A DNA stretch of 64,000 nucleotides from Candidatus Doudnabacteria bacterium (lineage in GTDB: Bacteria; Patescibacteriota; Doudnabacteria; UBA920; VMFF01), in assembly GCA_028286905.1 (NCBI GenBank), contig JAQBQP010000002.1:453358-517357 (forward strand). The letters run 5' to 3'. Within the stretch, counting starts at the first letter, position 1. Every line of letters starts with the position of its first letter. The notes below the pieces were generated by a model that was not told the origin of the DNA, made no database searches, and worked only from the letters and a program-made list of their open reading frames with translations. Positions 39,721-47,280 of the stretch are shown here, piece by piece. A program made the position numbers and the translations under genes.

Positions 39721-40452
39721 TTACCGCTGCCCTTTAAACAAAGCAACGTGAAATCCAAAATCTTTCCCATACTCACCAATAAATATTGGCACGTAAATTA
39801 AATCTAAAGAAAGTCCTAGCTTCTTTTTATCAGATTTATTAAACGCTTTAAAATTAGTCAGTTTTTGGATATCTACATTAGCCCGAGCCAAATCTTTTTT
39901 ATAGAACGTTTTCCCGGTAAATTCAAAAAGATCTGCTAATCCATTTTGAGTCGGAAATGGCAATTCGAGCGCGCTTAACTTTTCCATTATATATTTTACC
40001 GTATATATTTTTGAATTTCTTTCTAATTCGATAGAAAAAAAGTTATCAGGATTAAAACTTGATACGGAACCCTTTCTTGGCATAATAAGAACTTTATTTA
40101 GTTTAAAATATTTAGCTAAATTTATATGTGCTTTATTAGGTTTGGTCACAATAATTCCGCAGTCGTTACTCTTACTTTTGGTATTATGGAACTCTATAAT
40201 AAAACCTGATTTCTTAAATGTCTTTTTTAGAGATTTCGCCAATTTATGCTCGTAGGTTTTGCCTGGCAAATCAAAATTCCTGTTAAGATCTGCTTCGATG
40301 AATCTTAAATTCTTCTCTACAGCTTTCGGATTTGCGATTAAAGCTTCTAAATTTTTATATTCTTTCCTTTGAAGGCTTTTCACTACAGACACGCCGGTCT
40401 TTTCATTACCATGAGTTCCGCCAAGTATCAAGATTTTATTTTCTATTTTCAT
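39721..40452 (-). CDS. succinylglutamate desuccinylase/aspartoacylase-family zinc hydrolase
   Basis: The GGTHGNE motif is the GxHGNE zinc-binding hallmark of the AstE/AspA family. Start set to MKIENKIL.... Confidence 0.6.
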   Translation of the reverse strand: MKIENKILILGGTHGNEKTGVSVVKSLQRKEYKNLEALIANPKAVEKNLRFIEADLNRNFDLPGKTYEHKLAKSLKKTFKKSGFIIEFHNTKSKSNDCGIIVTKPNKAHINLAKYFKLNKVLIMPRKGSVSSFNPDNFFSIELERNSKIYTVKYIMEKLSALELPFPTQNGLADLFEFTGKTFYKKDLARANVDIQKLTNFKAFNKSDKKKLGLSLDLIYVPIFIGEYGKDFGFHVALFKGQR

Positions 40453-40459
40453 AGCAAAA

Positions 40460-40530
40460 GCATAACAAAAAACCACCTCAATTACGAGGTGGGCTTTTGG
40501 CAGGGATTGAGGGAGCAAGTTAGAATAATA
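40460..40530 (-). repeat. cassette-boundary repeat, copy 1 (full)
   Basis: GCATAACAAAAAA, then hairpin CCACCTCAATTACGAGGTGG, then GCTTTTGGCAGGGATTGAGGGAGCAAGTTAGAAT. Confidence 0.6.
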
Positions 40531-40624
40531 TTAACAAATAAGTGCCGTTGACTTTTACCACAAAACATCATAAAATATCATATTCCTGGCGAACGCCTTG
40601 AACACACTCCAACGGAGGCAACAA

Positions 40625-40981
40625 ATGAAGATGCATATGCCGCGTCTCACCACGATTCTTTCCACCCTTCTCCTGACGGGTTGCGCGGGTTTCTCACGTT
40701 CCTGCTCTTCGTGGAATGCGAGAAACTTCGCAAGCGACTGGGTCGTCGTGCAGTACAAGTTCGACGGATCACCCATCAACTGCTGGACTCTCAAGGGCAC
40801 CAGCGTTTCGAACGAGGGAGGGTCTGACGGCATCTACTGGAAGGACGGGACAAGCGGCCATCTGGTTCACATCTCGGGATGGTACAACCGAGTCCAGGTC
40901 GCCAACAACCAGTTCGCGCAAGCCGCGACGCTGATGGGGGTAGACGCAAGCAAGTGCGCAAACGGCAAATACCAACCGTAA
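40625..40981 (+). CDS. lipoprotein on a GC-rich insert
   Basis: Lipobox LLLTGC. RBS GGAGG. Its own TTGACT-17-TAAAAT promoter sits at about 40548-40576. A terminator follows at about 40990-41040. Confidence 0.5.
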   Translation: MKMHMPRLTTILSTLLLTGCAGFSRSCSSWNARNFASDWVVVQYKFDGSPINCWTLKGTSVSNEGGSDGIYWKDGTSGHLVHISGWYNRVQVANNQFAQAATLMGVDASKCANGKYQP

Positions 40982-41091
40982 CGTTTGTGCCGAGCACCAA
41001 AACCACCAGGTTCTTATTGAGCCTGGTGGTGTTTTATTTAAAATAAGCGATGTGGGTTGCTAGAAGAAGTTAGAACTTCAATTGAATATTC

Positions 41092-41544
41092 CTAGTTTTT
41101 GAGTTCCTCGGCCAATCCAATAAGAATTCCTTCGGGCCCACGAATATAACAAAGCCTATAAGAATTCTCATATTGAACCACATCGCCTACGAGTTGGGCG
41201 CCTAACTTTTTAAGCCGTTCAACCAGCTCATCAATGTCACTTACAGTGAACATTGCTCTCAAATAACCAAGAGCATTCACTGGAGCATTTCGATGGTCGG
41301 CAATGACAGGAGGAGTAAAAAAACGCGAAAGCTCAATTCGACTGTGGTTGTCGGGTGTGACCATCATCGCTACCTCAACGTTCTGGTCACCTAATCCAGT
41401 AACACGTCCCGCCCACTCTCCTTCTACAATAGCGCGACCTTCAAGCTTTAAACCAAGCTCGGTAAAAAAAGAAATAACTTCATCGAGGGATTCCACAACG
41501 ATGCCGATGTTGTCCATGCGTAGCACTTTACTTTTTTCTGTCAT
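41092..41544 (-). CDS. VOC-family (glyoxalase/bleomycin-resistance fold) protein
   Basis: Paired beta-alpha-beta-beta-beta modules, 150 aa. Confidence 0.6.
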   Translation of the reverse strand: MTEKSKVLRMDNIGIVVESLDEVISFFTELGLKLEGRAIVEGEWAGRVTGLGDQNVEVAMMVTPDNHSRIELSRFFTPPVIADHRNAPVNALGYLRAMFTVSDIDELVERLKKLGAQLVGDVVQYENSYRLCYIRGPEGILIGLAEELKN

Positions 41545-41582
41545 TTTATTCCGTTATTATTTTAACTGTTGATACCTAAAAA

Positions 41583-41655
41583 GCATAACAAAAAACCAGC
41601 TCCATTACGAGGTGGCTTTGGCACGGGCTATGGGAGCAAGTTGGAACTAGAATTG
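41583..41655 (-). repeat. cassette-boundary repeat, copy 2 (full)
   Basis: GCATAACAAAAAA, then hairpin CCAGCTCCATTACGAGGTGG, then CTTTGGCACGGGCTATGGGAGCAAGTTGGAAC. Confidence 0.6.
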
Positions 41656-41689
41656 CTCAAAAAAACCACCAAATTTAGACAGTTATTTT

Positions 41690-42310
41690 TTACAACAGGA
41701 TTAGAATAAGAGCTATGATCGCCATTCCGAAATCCTCAATAAGCGTTACGTAGGTAAGTGGGACTTTGAGAAACGTTCCTAAACAAGCGCACATAAAAGG
41801 TTCTCGCCTTGCAAACTTAATCGCGACTCCTAATCCGCTAAAAACCATTACAACAAATTCCGCCCACAACAGCCACATCGAATGCAATCCTGATAACATA
41901 GCAAAACCAAAACCTAATTCGATGAACGGATATATGTACCCATATCCGAACCACTTTTTAGCCAAAAGATCATAGGTAGAATAACCTTCAGCAAAACCTT
42001 TTACGTCCATCAATTTAAATCCACCGAAGACTAAAAAGAATCCAGTCATAAAATTCAGAAGAAAACCTGTCAAAGAAATTCGTCCGTTCCAAGCAGTAAT
42101 TACCGAAGCAATAAATATCAGAAGAATGATCACTATCAAAGGTTGATAACTTTTCCAAGTGATCACACCTAAACCTTGTTCAGAGGTTGTGTGCGCCATT
42201 GGTTTGATCTGATCCTTTAAGACAAGCGTCATTCCACATTTTGGACAGCGGCCTAGTTGATCTGAAACAATATCAAGGTGCATCGGGCAAGTATAAATTT
42301 GATTATCCAT
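41690..42310 (-). CDS. membrane protein with N-terminal heavy-metal-binding zinc-ribbon (CPxH...CPxCGM) and DoxX/MauE-like TM domain
   Basis: CPMHLDIVSDQLGRCPKCGMTL matches the HMBD/YHS-like metal-binding ribbon. Four or five TM helices follow. Confidence 0.5.
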   Translation of the reverse strand: MDNQIYTCPMHLDIVSDQLGRCPKCGMTLVLKDQIKPMAHTTSEQGLGVITWKSYQPLIVIILLIFIASVITAWNGRISLTGFLLNFMTGFFLVFGGFKLMDVKGFAEGYSTYDLLAKKWFGYGYIYPFIELGFGFAMLSGLHSMWLLWAEFVVMVFSGLGVAIKFARREPFMCACLGTFLKVPLTYVTLIEDFGMAIIALILILL

Positions 42311-42390
42311 AATTTTGACCTTTCTTAATAAAGTTTCATTATTTCAACAAAATTTTCTTATCATAAGACGATTATACCATACACTAAAAT

Positions 42391-42422
42391 TACGGGCTGT
42401 GGGAGCAAGTTAGAACTGAAAT
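42391..42422 (-). repeat. cassette-boundary repeat, copy 3 (truncated; no hairpin)
   Basis: TACGGGCTGTGGGAGCAAGTTAGAACTGAAAT. Confidence 0.5.
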
Positions 42423-42440
42423 AAGACAAGAATGCTCGTT

Positions 42441-43631
42441 TTAATGCGGATGGTTATGCAGTGGTTTATCGTTTGGGTCGTGCTTCATCCGAGTCAAAAA
42501 AGTCACAGCCAACACAGTCGATATCGGAACTGCAAGTATTAAAGAGATACTTCCTACCAAAGTCCTAACTATTTCTTCCATCACGAACTCGCTATTCAAA
42601 GTAACCCACAATGGTTGAGCCGTATTTAAAACAAATAGCAAAAAAAGCGGTAACGAAGCGCCGGCATATGCAAGCACCAATGTATTCACCAAAGAAGCTA
42701 TGTGCTCTTTCCCGACAGATATACCACCTTGGTATAATCTCTTCTTTTCGATTTGCGGATGCACTTTACGTATTTCATCAACAGAAGCCACTTGGCTTGT
42801 GGTAACATCATCCAGTACTCCCAGAGTTCCAATAATTATTCCACTTAAAAGTAACCCCTGAAGATTTAAAACACTTCCATAGCCTGCTTGGAGATAATAC
42901 GCTTCTTCCGAGCCAAGCCCAAATAACTTTGCTAAGTGCACAAAAAGTGCAGCCATCCCAATTGAAATTACCAATGTTATCAAAGTACTTAAAACAGCAA
43001 TGCTAATACGCTTATTAAAACCATGTGCTAAATAAATAGAACCAACAGATATTACGATGGAGCCGATTAGGGTTACCAATAACGGATTACTGCCATGCAA
43101 GATGGATGGAACTATGAATTTTAATAAAATAAAGATTGTGAAAACTAAACCTAGAATTGATGTGAAGCCACGTAATCTGCCAAAGAAAATAACTACTGCT
43201 AAAAATATTACGATCATTATGCCCAATGCTGGCAAACGATATCTGTCGACAACCGCATATTCGGTTTGTCCTTGATTCATATTTTTAGTTACAACAACTA
43301 TTTCGCCTTTAACAAGCCATTGTTTATACGTATCTGGATTTTCATTAATTCGATAATTAATGACTTTATCTTTTTCTGGACCGTCTAAAATTTGTAGTTT
43401 AGAATCTTGCTCTCGGGCAGGGATCGTCTGACTGCTGTGGGTTATTTCGCTGTTCCATCGCTCATCTTTAGTTATTTCAAGAACTTTGGCCTTTTGAAAA
43501 CTTTGTGGCACTACTGCTCCGGGCTCTACCACCTCTAAGGGAATATTGCCAACACTTTGATTGTCTTGTGCTTTGGACAATAAAGGCACTGAGGATAAAA
43601 GTATACAGATAATTAAAAACAGTTTTTTCAT
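42441..43631 (-). CDS. YibE/F-like polytopic membrane protein
   Basis: Signal peptide, then an extracellular N-domain, then seven to eight TM helices. Confidence 0.45.
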   Translation of the reverse strand: MKKLFLIICILLSSVPLLSKAQDNQSVGNIPLEVVEPGAVVPQSFQKAKVLEITKDERWNSEITHSSQTIPAREQDSKLQILDGPEKDKVINYRINENPDTYKQWLVKGEIVVVTKNMNQGQTEYAVVDRYRLPALGIMIVIFLAVVIFFGRLRGFTSILGLVFTIFILLKFIVPSILHGSNPLLVTLIGSIVISVGSIYLAHGFNKRISIAVLSTLITLVISIGMAALFVHLAKLFGLGSEEAYYLQAGYGSVLNLQGLLLSGIIIGTLGVLDDVTTSQVASVDEIRKVHPQIEKKRLYQGGISVGKEHIASLVNTLVLAYAGASLPLFLLFVLNTAQPLWVTLNSEFVMEEIVRTLVGSISLILAVPISTVLAVTFLTRMKHDPNDKPLHNHPH

Positions 43632-43710
43632 ATATTAGGATTATAGCAATAAAATACTGTAAGCCCCCAAGATATAACACTCAGGGGCTCACAAGTGATC
43701 AGTCTGACGA

Positions 43711-44103
43711 TCAGCAATCTGCCGAAGCCAAAGCGCCGTTCTGAAGCTGAATCTGCTCCAACGGCGACATCGCCAGTAGCTCGCGGGTTGGCGCTGCCAC
43801 AGAACCGCAGCAGTTGTAGAGACCGAAAGCGACGCCGAACTCAGCTTCGCAGATACTGCGAGCGATATCCGTTCCAAGCAGACGGGTGATCTGCTTACCC
43901 AACGCTGTGTTCGGGTCCTGAGGATCCAGGATCTTCGCAGCAGACGCCTTCGTCCTTGCTGCGAGCTCGCCCAGATAAGCGACGCCGAGCGGCAGGTCAC
44001 GCTGAAACGCTTCGAAGAGTGCGCTACGCATCTGACCCTCACTTGCGGTATCCAAATCAACACCGCGCTCGTCCAGCACAGACACGATCGACTGATAAGA
44101 CAT
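43711..44103 (-). CDS. hypothetical protein on a GC-rich insert
   Basis: GC-rich. RBS GGAGGA. It lies 64 nt downstream of the CooC-like gene on the same strand. Confidence 0.45.
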   Translation of the reverse strand: MSYQSIVSVLDERGVDLDTASEGQMRSALFEAFQRDLPLGVAYLGELAARTKASAAKILDPQDPNTALGKQITRLLGTDIARSICEAEFGVAFGLYNCCGSVAAPTRELLAMSPLEQIQLQNGALASADC

Positions 44104-44167
44104 ACATCCTCCGATGATATTCTGAGTACCAGGGCCAAACAGAATGTTTGGAACTGGTTACAAAATA

Positions 44168-45103
44168 TCAATCTCTCAAAACAAAATCTGGGTCGACTTG
44201 TTTTCGCAAATCCTTACCAATAGAAACATTTCCCCAACTTTCCGAATTCTTTATATGAAACTCTACTGTCTGTCTGTAAAACTTCGTCCAATCTTTTTTT
44301 GACTCTCCTACTATTTGGATTAATTTTTTCAGCGCCTGGATATTTTGCTCCTCCAGAAAATTAATCGATATAACCTCTCCTCTTTCTGAATTTTTAACGA
44401 AATCAGATTGGCCAAAATAAACCAACAAGTCTTCACCTAGTTTGTTTTGCAAAAATTGTAAGTCTGAATTATCAGAAATTTTATTTCCAATTGCGACAAC
44501 CTTTACATCGTAATCTTTCGCAAACTTTTTATACTGTTCAAATACTGATACTGATTTTAAGGTAGGCTCAACGACAACAAAAGTAATATCGAATTTTGTA
44601 AACATACCGGAAGCAAAGGTGTCCGCACCCGCGGTCATATCCACGACAACATATTCATCTTCTCTGTCCAACATATGGTTTAACAATAATTCCACTGCGC
44701 CCACTTTGGAGTGATAACATTTAACTCCCAAGTCCTCTTCGCTAAACTCACCGACAGCCATAAATCTTAAGCTACCAGCTGAAATAGAAAACTTTTCAAA
44801 TAGTGGGTTCGTTTCTTTTAACCTTAATAAATTAGATCCTGCGCCAGGTGGGGAAGTTTTTATCATTTCTGAGGCTGATTCTATTCGGGGATTAGAACCT
44901 CTTAAGTACTCCTTTATCTCTGGAAGATACGTACCCAAAGACAAGACTTCAATTAATGGCAACCCTAAAGATCCTTTCATGTGCTGATTAATGTCGGCCT
45001 CAATTGCAAGGACAGGACAATTATTCTGTTGTAAGTATCGGCAGAAAAGTGTGCTGGTAGTGGTTTTCCCACTACCGCCTTTCCCCACAAAAGCTATTTT
45101 CAT
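44168..45103 (-). CDS. CooC/MinD-family P-loop ATPase (metallochaperone-like)
   Basis: Deviant Walker A KIAFVGKGGSGKTT. VVDMTAGADTFASG resembles the CooC switch region. Start set to MKIAFVG.... Confidence 0.55.
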   Translation of the reverse strand: MKIAFVGKGGSGKTTTSTLFCRYLQQNNCPVLAIEADINQHMKGSLGLPLIEVLSLGTYLPEIKEYLRGSNPRIESASEMIKTSPPGAGSNLLRLKETNPLFEKFSISAGSLRFMAVGEFSEEDLGVKCYHSKVGAVELLLNHMLDREDEYVVVDMTAGADTFASGMFTKFDITFVVVEPTLKSVSVFEQYKKFAKDYDVKVVAIGNKISDNSDLQFLQNKLGEDLLVYFGQSDFVKNSERGEVISINFLEEQNIQALKKLIQIVGESKKDWTKFYRQTVEFHIKNSESWGNVSIGKDLRKQVDPDFVLRD

Positions 45104-45166
45104 AAATGCAAATGATTTGCATTTACTATATACGAGGTCAGGAACAAATGCAAGTGACTTGCATTT
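45104..45166. promoter_or_regulatory. two 21-bp perfect palindromes (AAATGCAAATGATTTGCATTT and AAATGCAAGTGACTTGCATTT) in the divergent promoter
   Basis: Read directly in the 84-bp intergenic region between the CooC-like and Fur-family genes. Positions are within about 2 nt. Confidence 0.5.
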
Positions 45167-45187
45167 AGCTAAACTTTGTGCCATACT

Positions 45188-45595
45188 ATGATTATGGAAA
45201 ACAAAGAGCTGGTAAAATCTTACGGCTTAAAAGCAACCCCCACTCGCCTTTCAGTATTAGCGGCGCTACAGAAATATTCAAAACCTGTGAGTGTATTTGA
45301 TATATTAAAAAACTTGAACAAAAATACTGATCAAACCACAGTATACCGAATACTAAATGTATTCGTTGAGAAAGGTATGATAAAAAAAATTGACCTAAAA
45401 AAAGATTTTTCATTTTTTGAAATCAATGAAGGAAAACACCATCACCATTTGGTGTGTCAAAGTTGTTCCAAAATAAAAGAGATTGAATCTTGCGATATCT
45501 CTGCCATAGAGAAACAAGTGTTAAAAAAAAGTGGTTTCAAAAGTATTGATGAGCATGCTTTAGAGTTTTACGGACTTTGCGAAAACTGCGCATAA
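45188..45595 (+). CDS. Fur-family metalloregulator
   Basis: wHTH plus a metal-site region HHHHLVCQSC...C. The track ORF starts at a TTG; MIMENKEL is the likelier start. Confidence 0.7.
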   Translation: MIMENKELVKSYGLKATPTRLSVLAALQKYSKPVSVFDILKNLNKNTDQTTVYRILNVFVEKGMIKKIDLKKDFSFFEINEGKHHHHLVCQSCSKIKEIESCDISAIEKQVLKKSGFKSIDEHALEFYGLCENCA

Positions 45596-45615
45596 AATTT
45601 TTATAATAGACTATC

Positions 45616-45681
45616 AAAAAATCTCCACCCTATTCGGGTGGAGATTTTTTGGCACGGGCTGTGGGAGGTTAGAACTGAAAT
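45616..45681 (-). repeat. cassette-boundary repeat, copy 4
   Basis: Hairpin AAAAAATCTCCACCCTATTCGGGTGGAGATTTTTT, then GGCACGGGCTGTGGGAGGTTAGAACTGAAAT. Confidence 0.55.
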
Positions 45682-45726
45682 GACAAAACAAAACGGAAAG
45701 GTGCCTTTTGACAGCTGTAATTAAAT

Positions 45727-46155
45727 ATGTCATTGTGTGACATTGGCATTCACCCTCTTACCTTTATTTCCATGCCTAGCAGAGAAGAACTAGCGGCACA
45801 GGTGATATGGAACAGCGGTGGTTCCGGTCTCGGTATTTGCCGAGTCGCTAACGCCCTGATACGGGCGATGGACCGGCCGGGACCTAACAATCCCGACTAC
45901 CCTTCCATCGTAGCTGTGTCCGATCCACCAGAGAAGTACACGGACGAGGAACTGACGCTGATCGTAGAATTCGCTCAACGTGCAACGGCCAAACACGACG
46001 AGATGTTTCGCTTCCGTCGTGGCGCAAACCTCATACTGTTCGACAAGGAGGAGTGGAACGGAAGAACTGTGTGGATGCGAAAGCGTCTAACATGGGAGTA
46101 CGGTCCGATGTTCTCACCGACGTTAGTGGAAGCAATTGCGTCCATGGATCGGTAA
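45727..46155 (+). CDS. hypothetical protein on a GC-rich insert
   Basis: GC-rich, 142 aa. Confidence 0.45.
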   Translation: MSLCDIGIHPLTFISMPSREELAAQVIWNSGGSGLGICRVANALIRAMDRPGPNNPDYPSIVAVSDPPEKYTDEELTLIVEFAQRATAKHDEMFRFRRGANLILFDKEEWNGRTVWMRKRLTWEYGPMFSPTLVEAIASMDR

Positions 46156-46270
46156 AACCACAAATCACAGGAGGCTGTAGTTCACGTCATTCTTGGCGTG
46201 AGGTCCCGGGGAACAATAGCATGTTCCCCTTTCCTCTAAGCTCATCAATACTGGTGATCTTAGAGAAAAT

Positions 46271-46330
46271 AACCCCCCTCGAAAGGGTGTTTTTTGATAC
46301 GGGCTATGGGAGCAAGTTGGAACCGAAATA
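46271..46330 (-). repeat. cassette-boundary repeat, copy 5
   Basis: Plus-strand read: hairpin, then GATACGGGCTATGGGAGCAAGTTGGAACCGAAAT. It sits between convergent genes. Confidence 0.55.
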
Positions 46331-46331
46331 A

Positions 46332-47015
46332 CTAAATACCCTGTCGCTTTACTGCTTTAAGTATAAAAAAGCCTGGGTATTTTTTTCCATCAATTTGTTC
46401 CGCTGATGGGTCCCATTGTTCGTCAAATAATTGAACATCGAAATTTTTAAAAAGAAAGTCGTTTAAGTACTCGTTCATGGTATGGGAAGGTTCCTTTACT
46501 AGAATAGTATTGTTCAAAATATTGGAATCAACGATTTGTTGCTCAAAATAATCTGCTGTATTATCTTTCTTTTCAAAGTATTGTCTAAATGGATGCGTTA
46601 CCAAATACATCATTACTCCGCCAGGTTTCAACACTCTGTGTACTTCTTTAAAAACTGGTTTCAGGTCAGAAGAAGTCATAATTGCATATTTGGAAAGTAC
46701 AACATCAAAAAAGTTTTCCTCAAAAGGGAGACTTTCAAAAAGACCTGTTCTAATGTCAGCGTCAGGCATTCTGGATTGGGCTAAAGCTACCATTTCTTTG
46801 GATGCATCAATTCCGTATACCGCAGCCCCCAATTCTTTATAGTAAAGTAAATCTAGACCATCGCCACAAGCCACATCCAGTAATTTCATTCCAGGCTTAA
46901 CAAAATCTAAATAACTATAAAACAACTTCCTGTTTAAATTATTACTGTTTTCACCGGTGTCATGAACCTCGGAAAACTTCTTAGCAAAATTATTATATTG
47001 TGTAGATAATTCCAT
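46332..47015 (-). CDS. class I SAM-dependent methyltransferase
   Basis: Motif I LLDVACGDGLD. Start set to MELSTQYNN..., 6 nt after the GTTATGCT motif. Confidence 0.7.
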   Translation of the reverse strand: MELSTQYNNFAKKFSEVHDTGENSNNLNRKLFYSYLDFVKPGMKLLDVACGDGLDLLYYKELGAAVYGIDASKEMVALAQSRMPDADIRTGLFESLPFEENFFDVVLSKYAIMTSSDLKPVFKEVHRVLKPGGVMMYLVTHPFRQYFEKKDNTADYFEQQIVDSNILNNTILVKEPSHTMNEYLNDFLFKNFDVQLFDEQWDPSAEQIDGKKYPGFFILKAVKRQGI

Positions 47016-47022
47016 AACCCTA

Positions 47023-47077
47023 GCATAACAAAAAATCCCCACTACGACGAGTGAGGAGTTTTTGGCACGGGGCTTGC
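47023..47077 (-). repeat. cassette-boundary repeat, copy A (nearest tRNA-Trp)
   Basis: Minus-sense read: GCAAGCCCCGTGCCAAAA, then a hairpin, then TTTTTTGTTATGCT. The segment GCCCCGTGCCAAAAA is identical to the tRNA-Trp 3' end plus flank. Confidence 0.6.
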
Positions 47078-47206
47078 AGCTCCTTACAGTCGCTGCATTC
47101 CCTCTTCGTTTTGCTAACGCAAAACAAATCAAAGAAGGTCAGGAATCGAGTCGTATTCCATAGCTACCAAATCAAAAATACTCCATCCTGATGGATGGAG
47201 TATTTT

Positions 47207-47280
47207 TGGCACGGGGCGTAGGAATCGAACCTACGTAAGCGGTTTTGGAGACCGCCGTAATACCACTATACGAGCCCCGC
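47207..47280 (-). tRNA. tRNA-Trp (anticodon CCA), CCA end encoded
   Basis: Hand-folded cloverleaf. Acceptor GCGGGGC/GCCCCGT. Anticodon stem GCGGT/ACCGC with loop CTCCAAA. T-arm GTAGG-TTCGATT-CCTAC. A terminator hairpin follows the 3' end. Confidence 0.8.

Noticed and set aside
40493-40530. Repeat core as a fragment of a complete tRNA (T-arm + acceptor)
   Set aside because: Only the last about 9-11 nt (AGCCCGTGCCA) behave like an acceptor-strand + CCA. The preceding sequence (TTCTAACTTGCTCCCAC) cannot form a 5-bp T-stem with a 7-nt T-loop in the correct register.
40460-41655. Boundary repeats as bona fide integron attC sites
   Set aside because: The 5' GCATAAC and 3' GTTRGAAC ends loosely resemble the inverse-core and core sites. 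However, there is no extended imperfect palindrome spanning the element (no L''/L' pairing with extrahelical bases). No intI is in the window. I report it as integron-like only.
43689-44171. Alternative 160-aa minus-strand ORF and a plus ORF overlapping the GC-rich 43711-44103 gene
   Set aside because: The same GC-rich open-frame effect applies. The chosen frame is the only one with a GGAGGA RBS at the correct distance.
45640-45670. Possible sigma-54 promoter (TGGCACG...) inside the cassette-boundary repeat
   Set aside because: A TGGCAC element is present. The required GC dinucleotide 10 nt downstream of the GG is absent in all copies (the sequence reads GGGCTGTGGG). So spacing and consensus fail.
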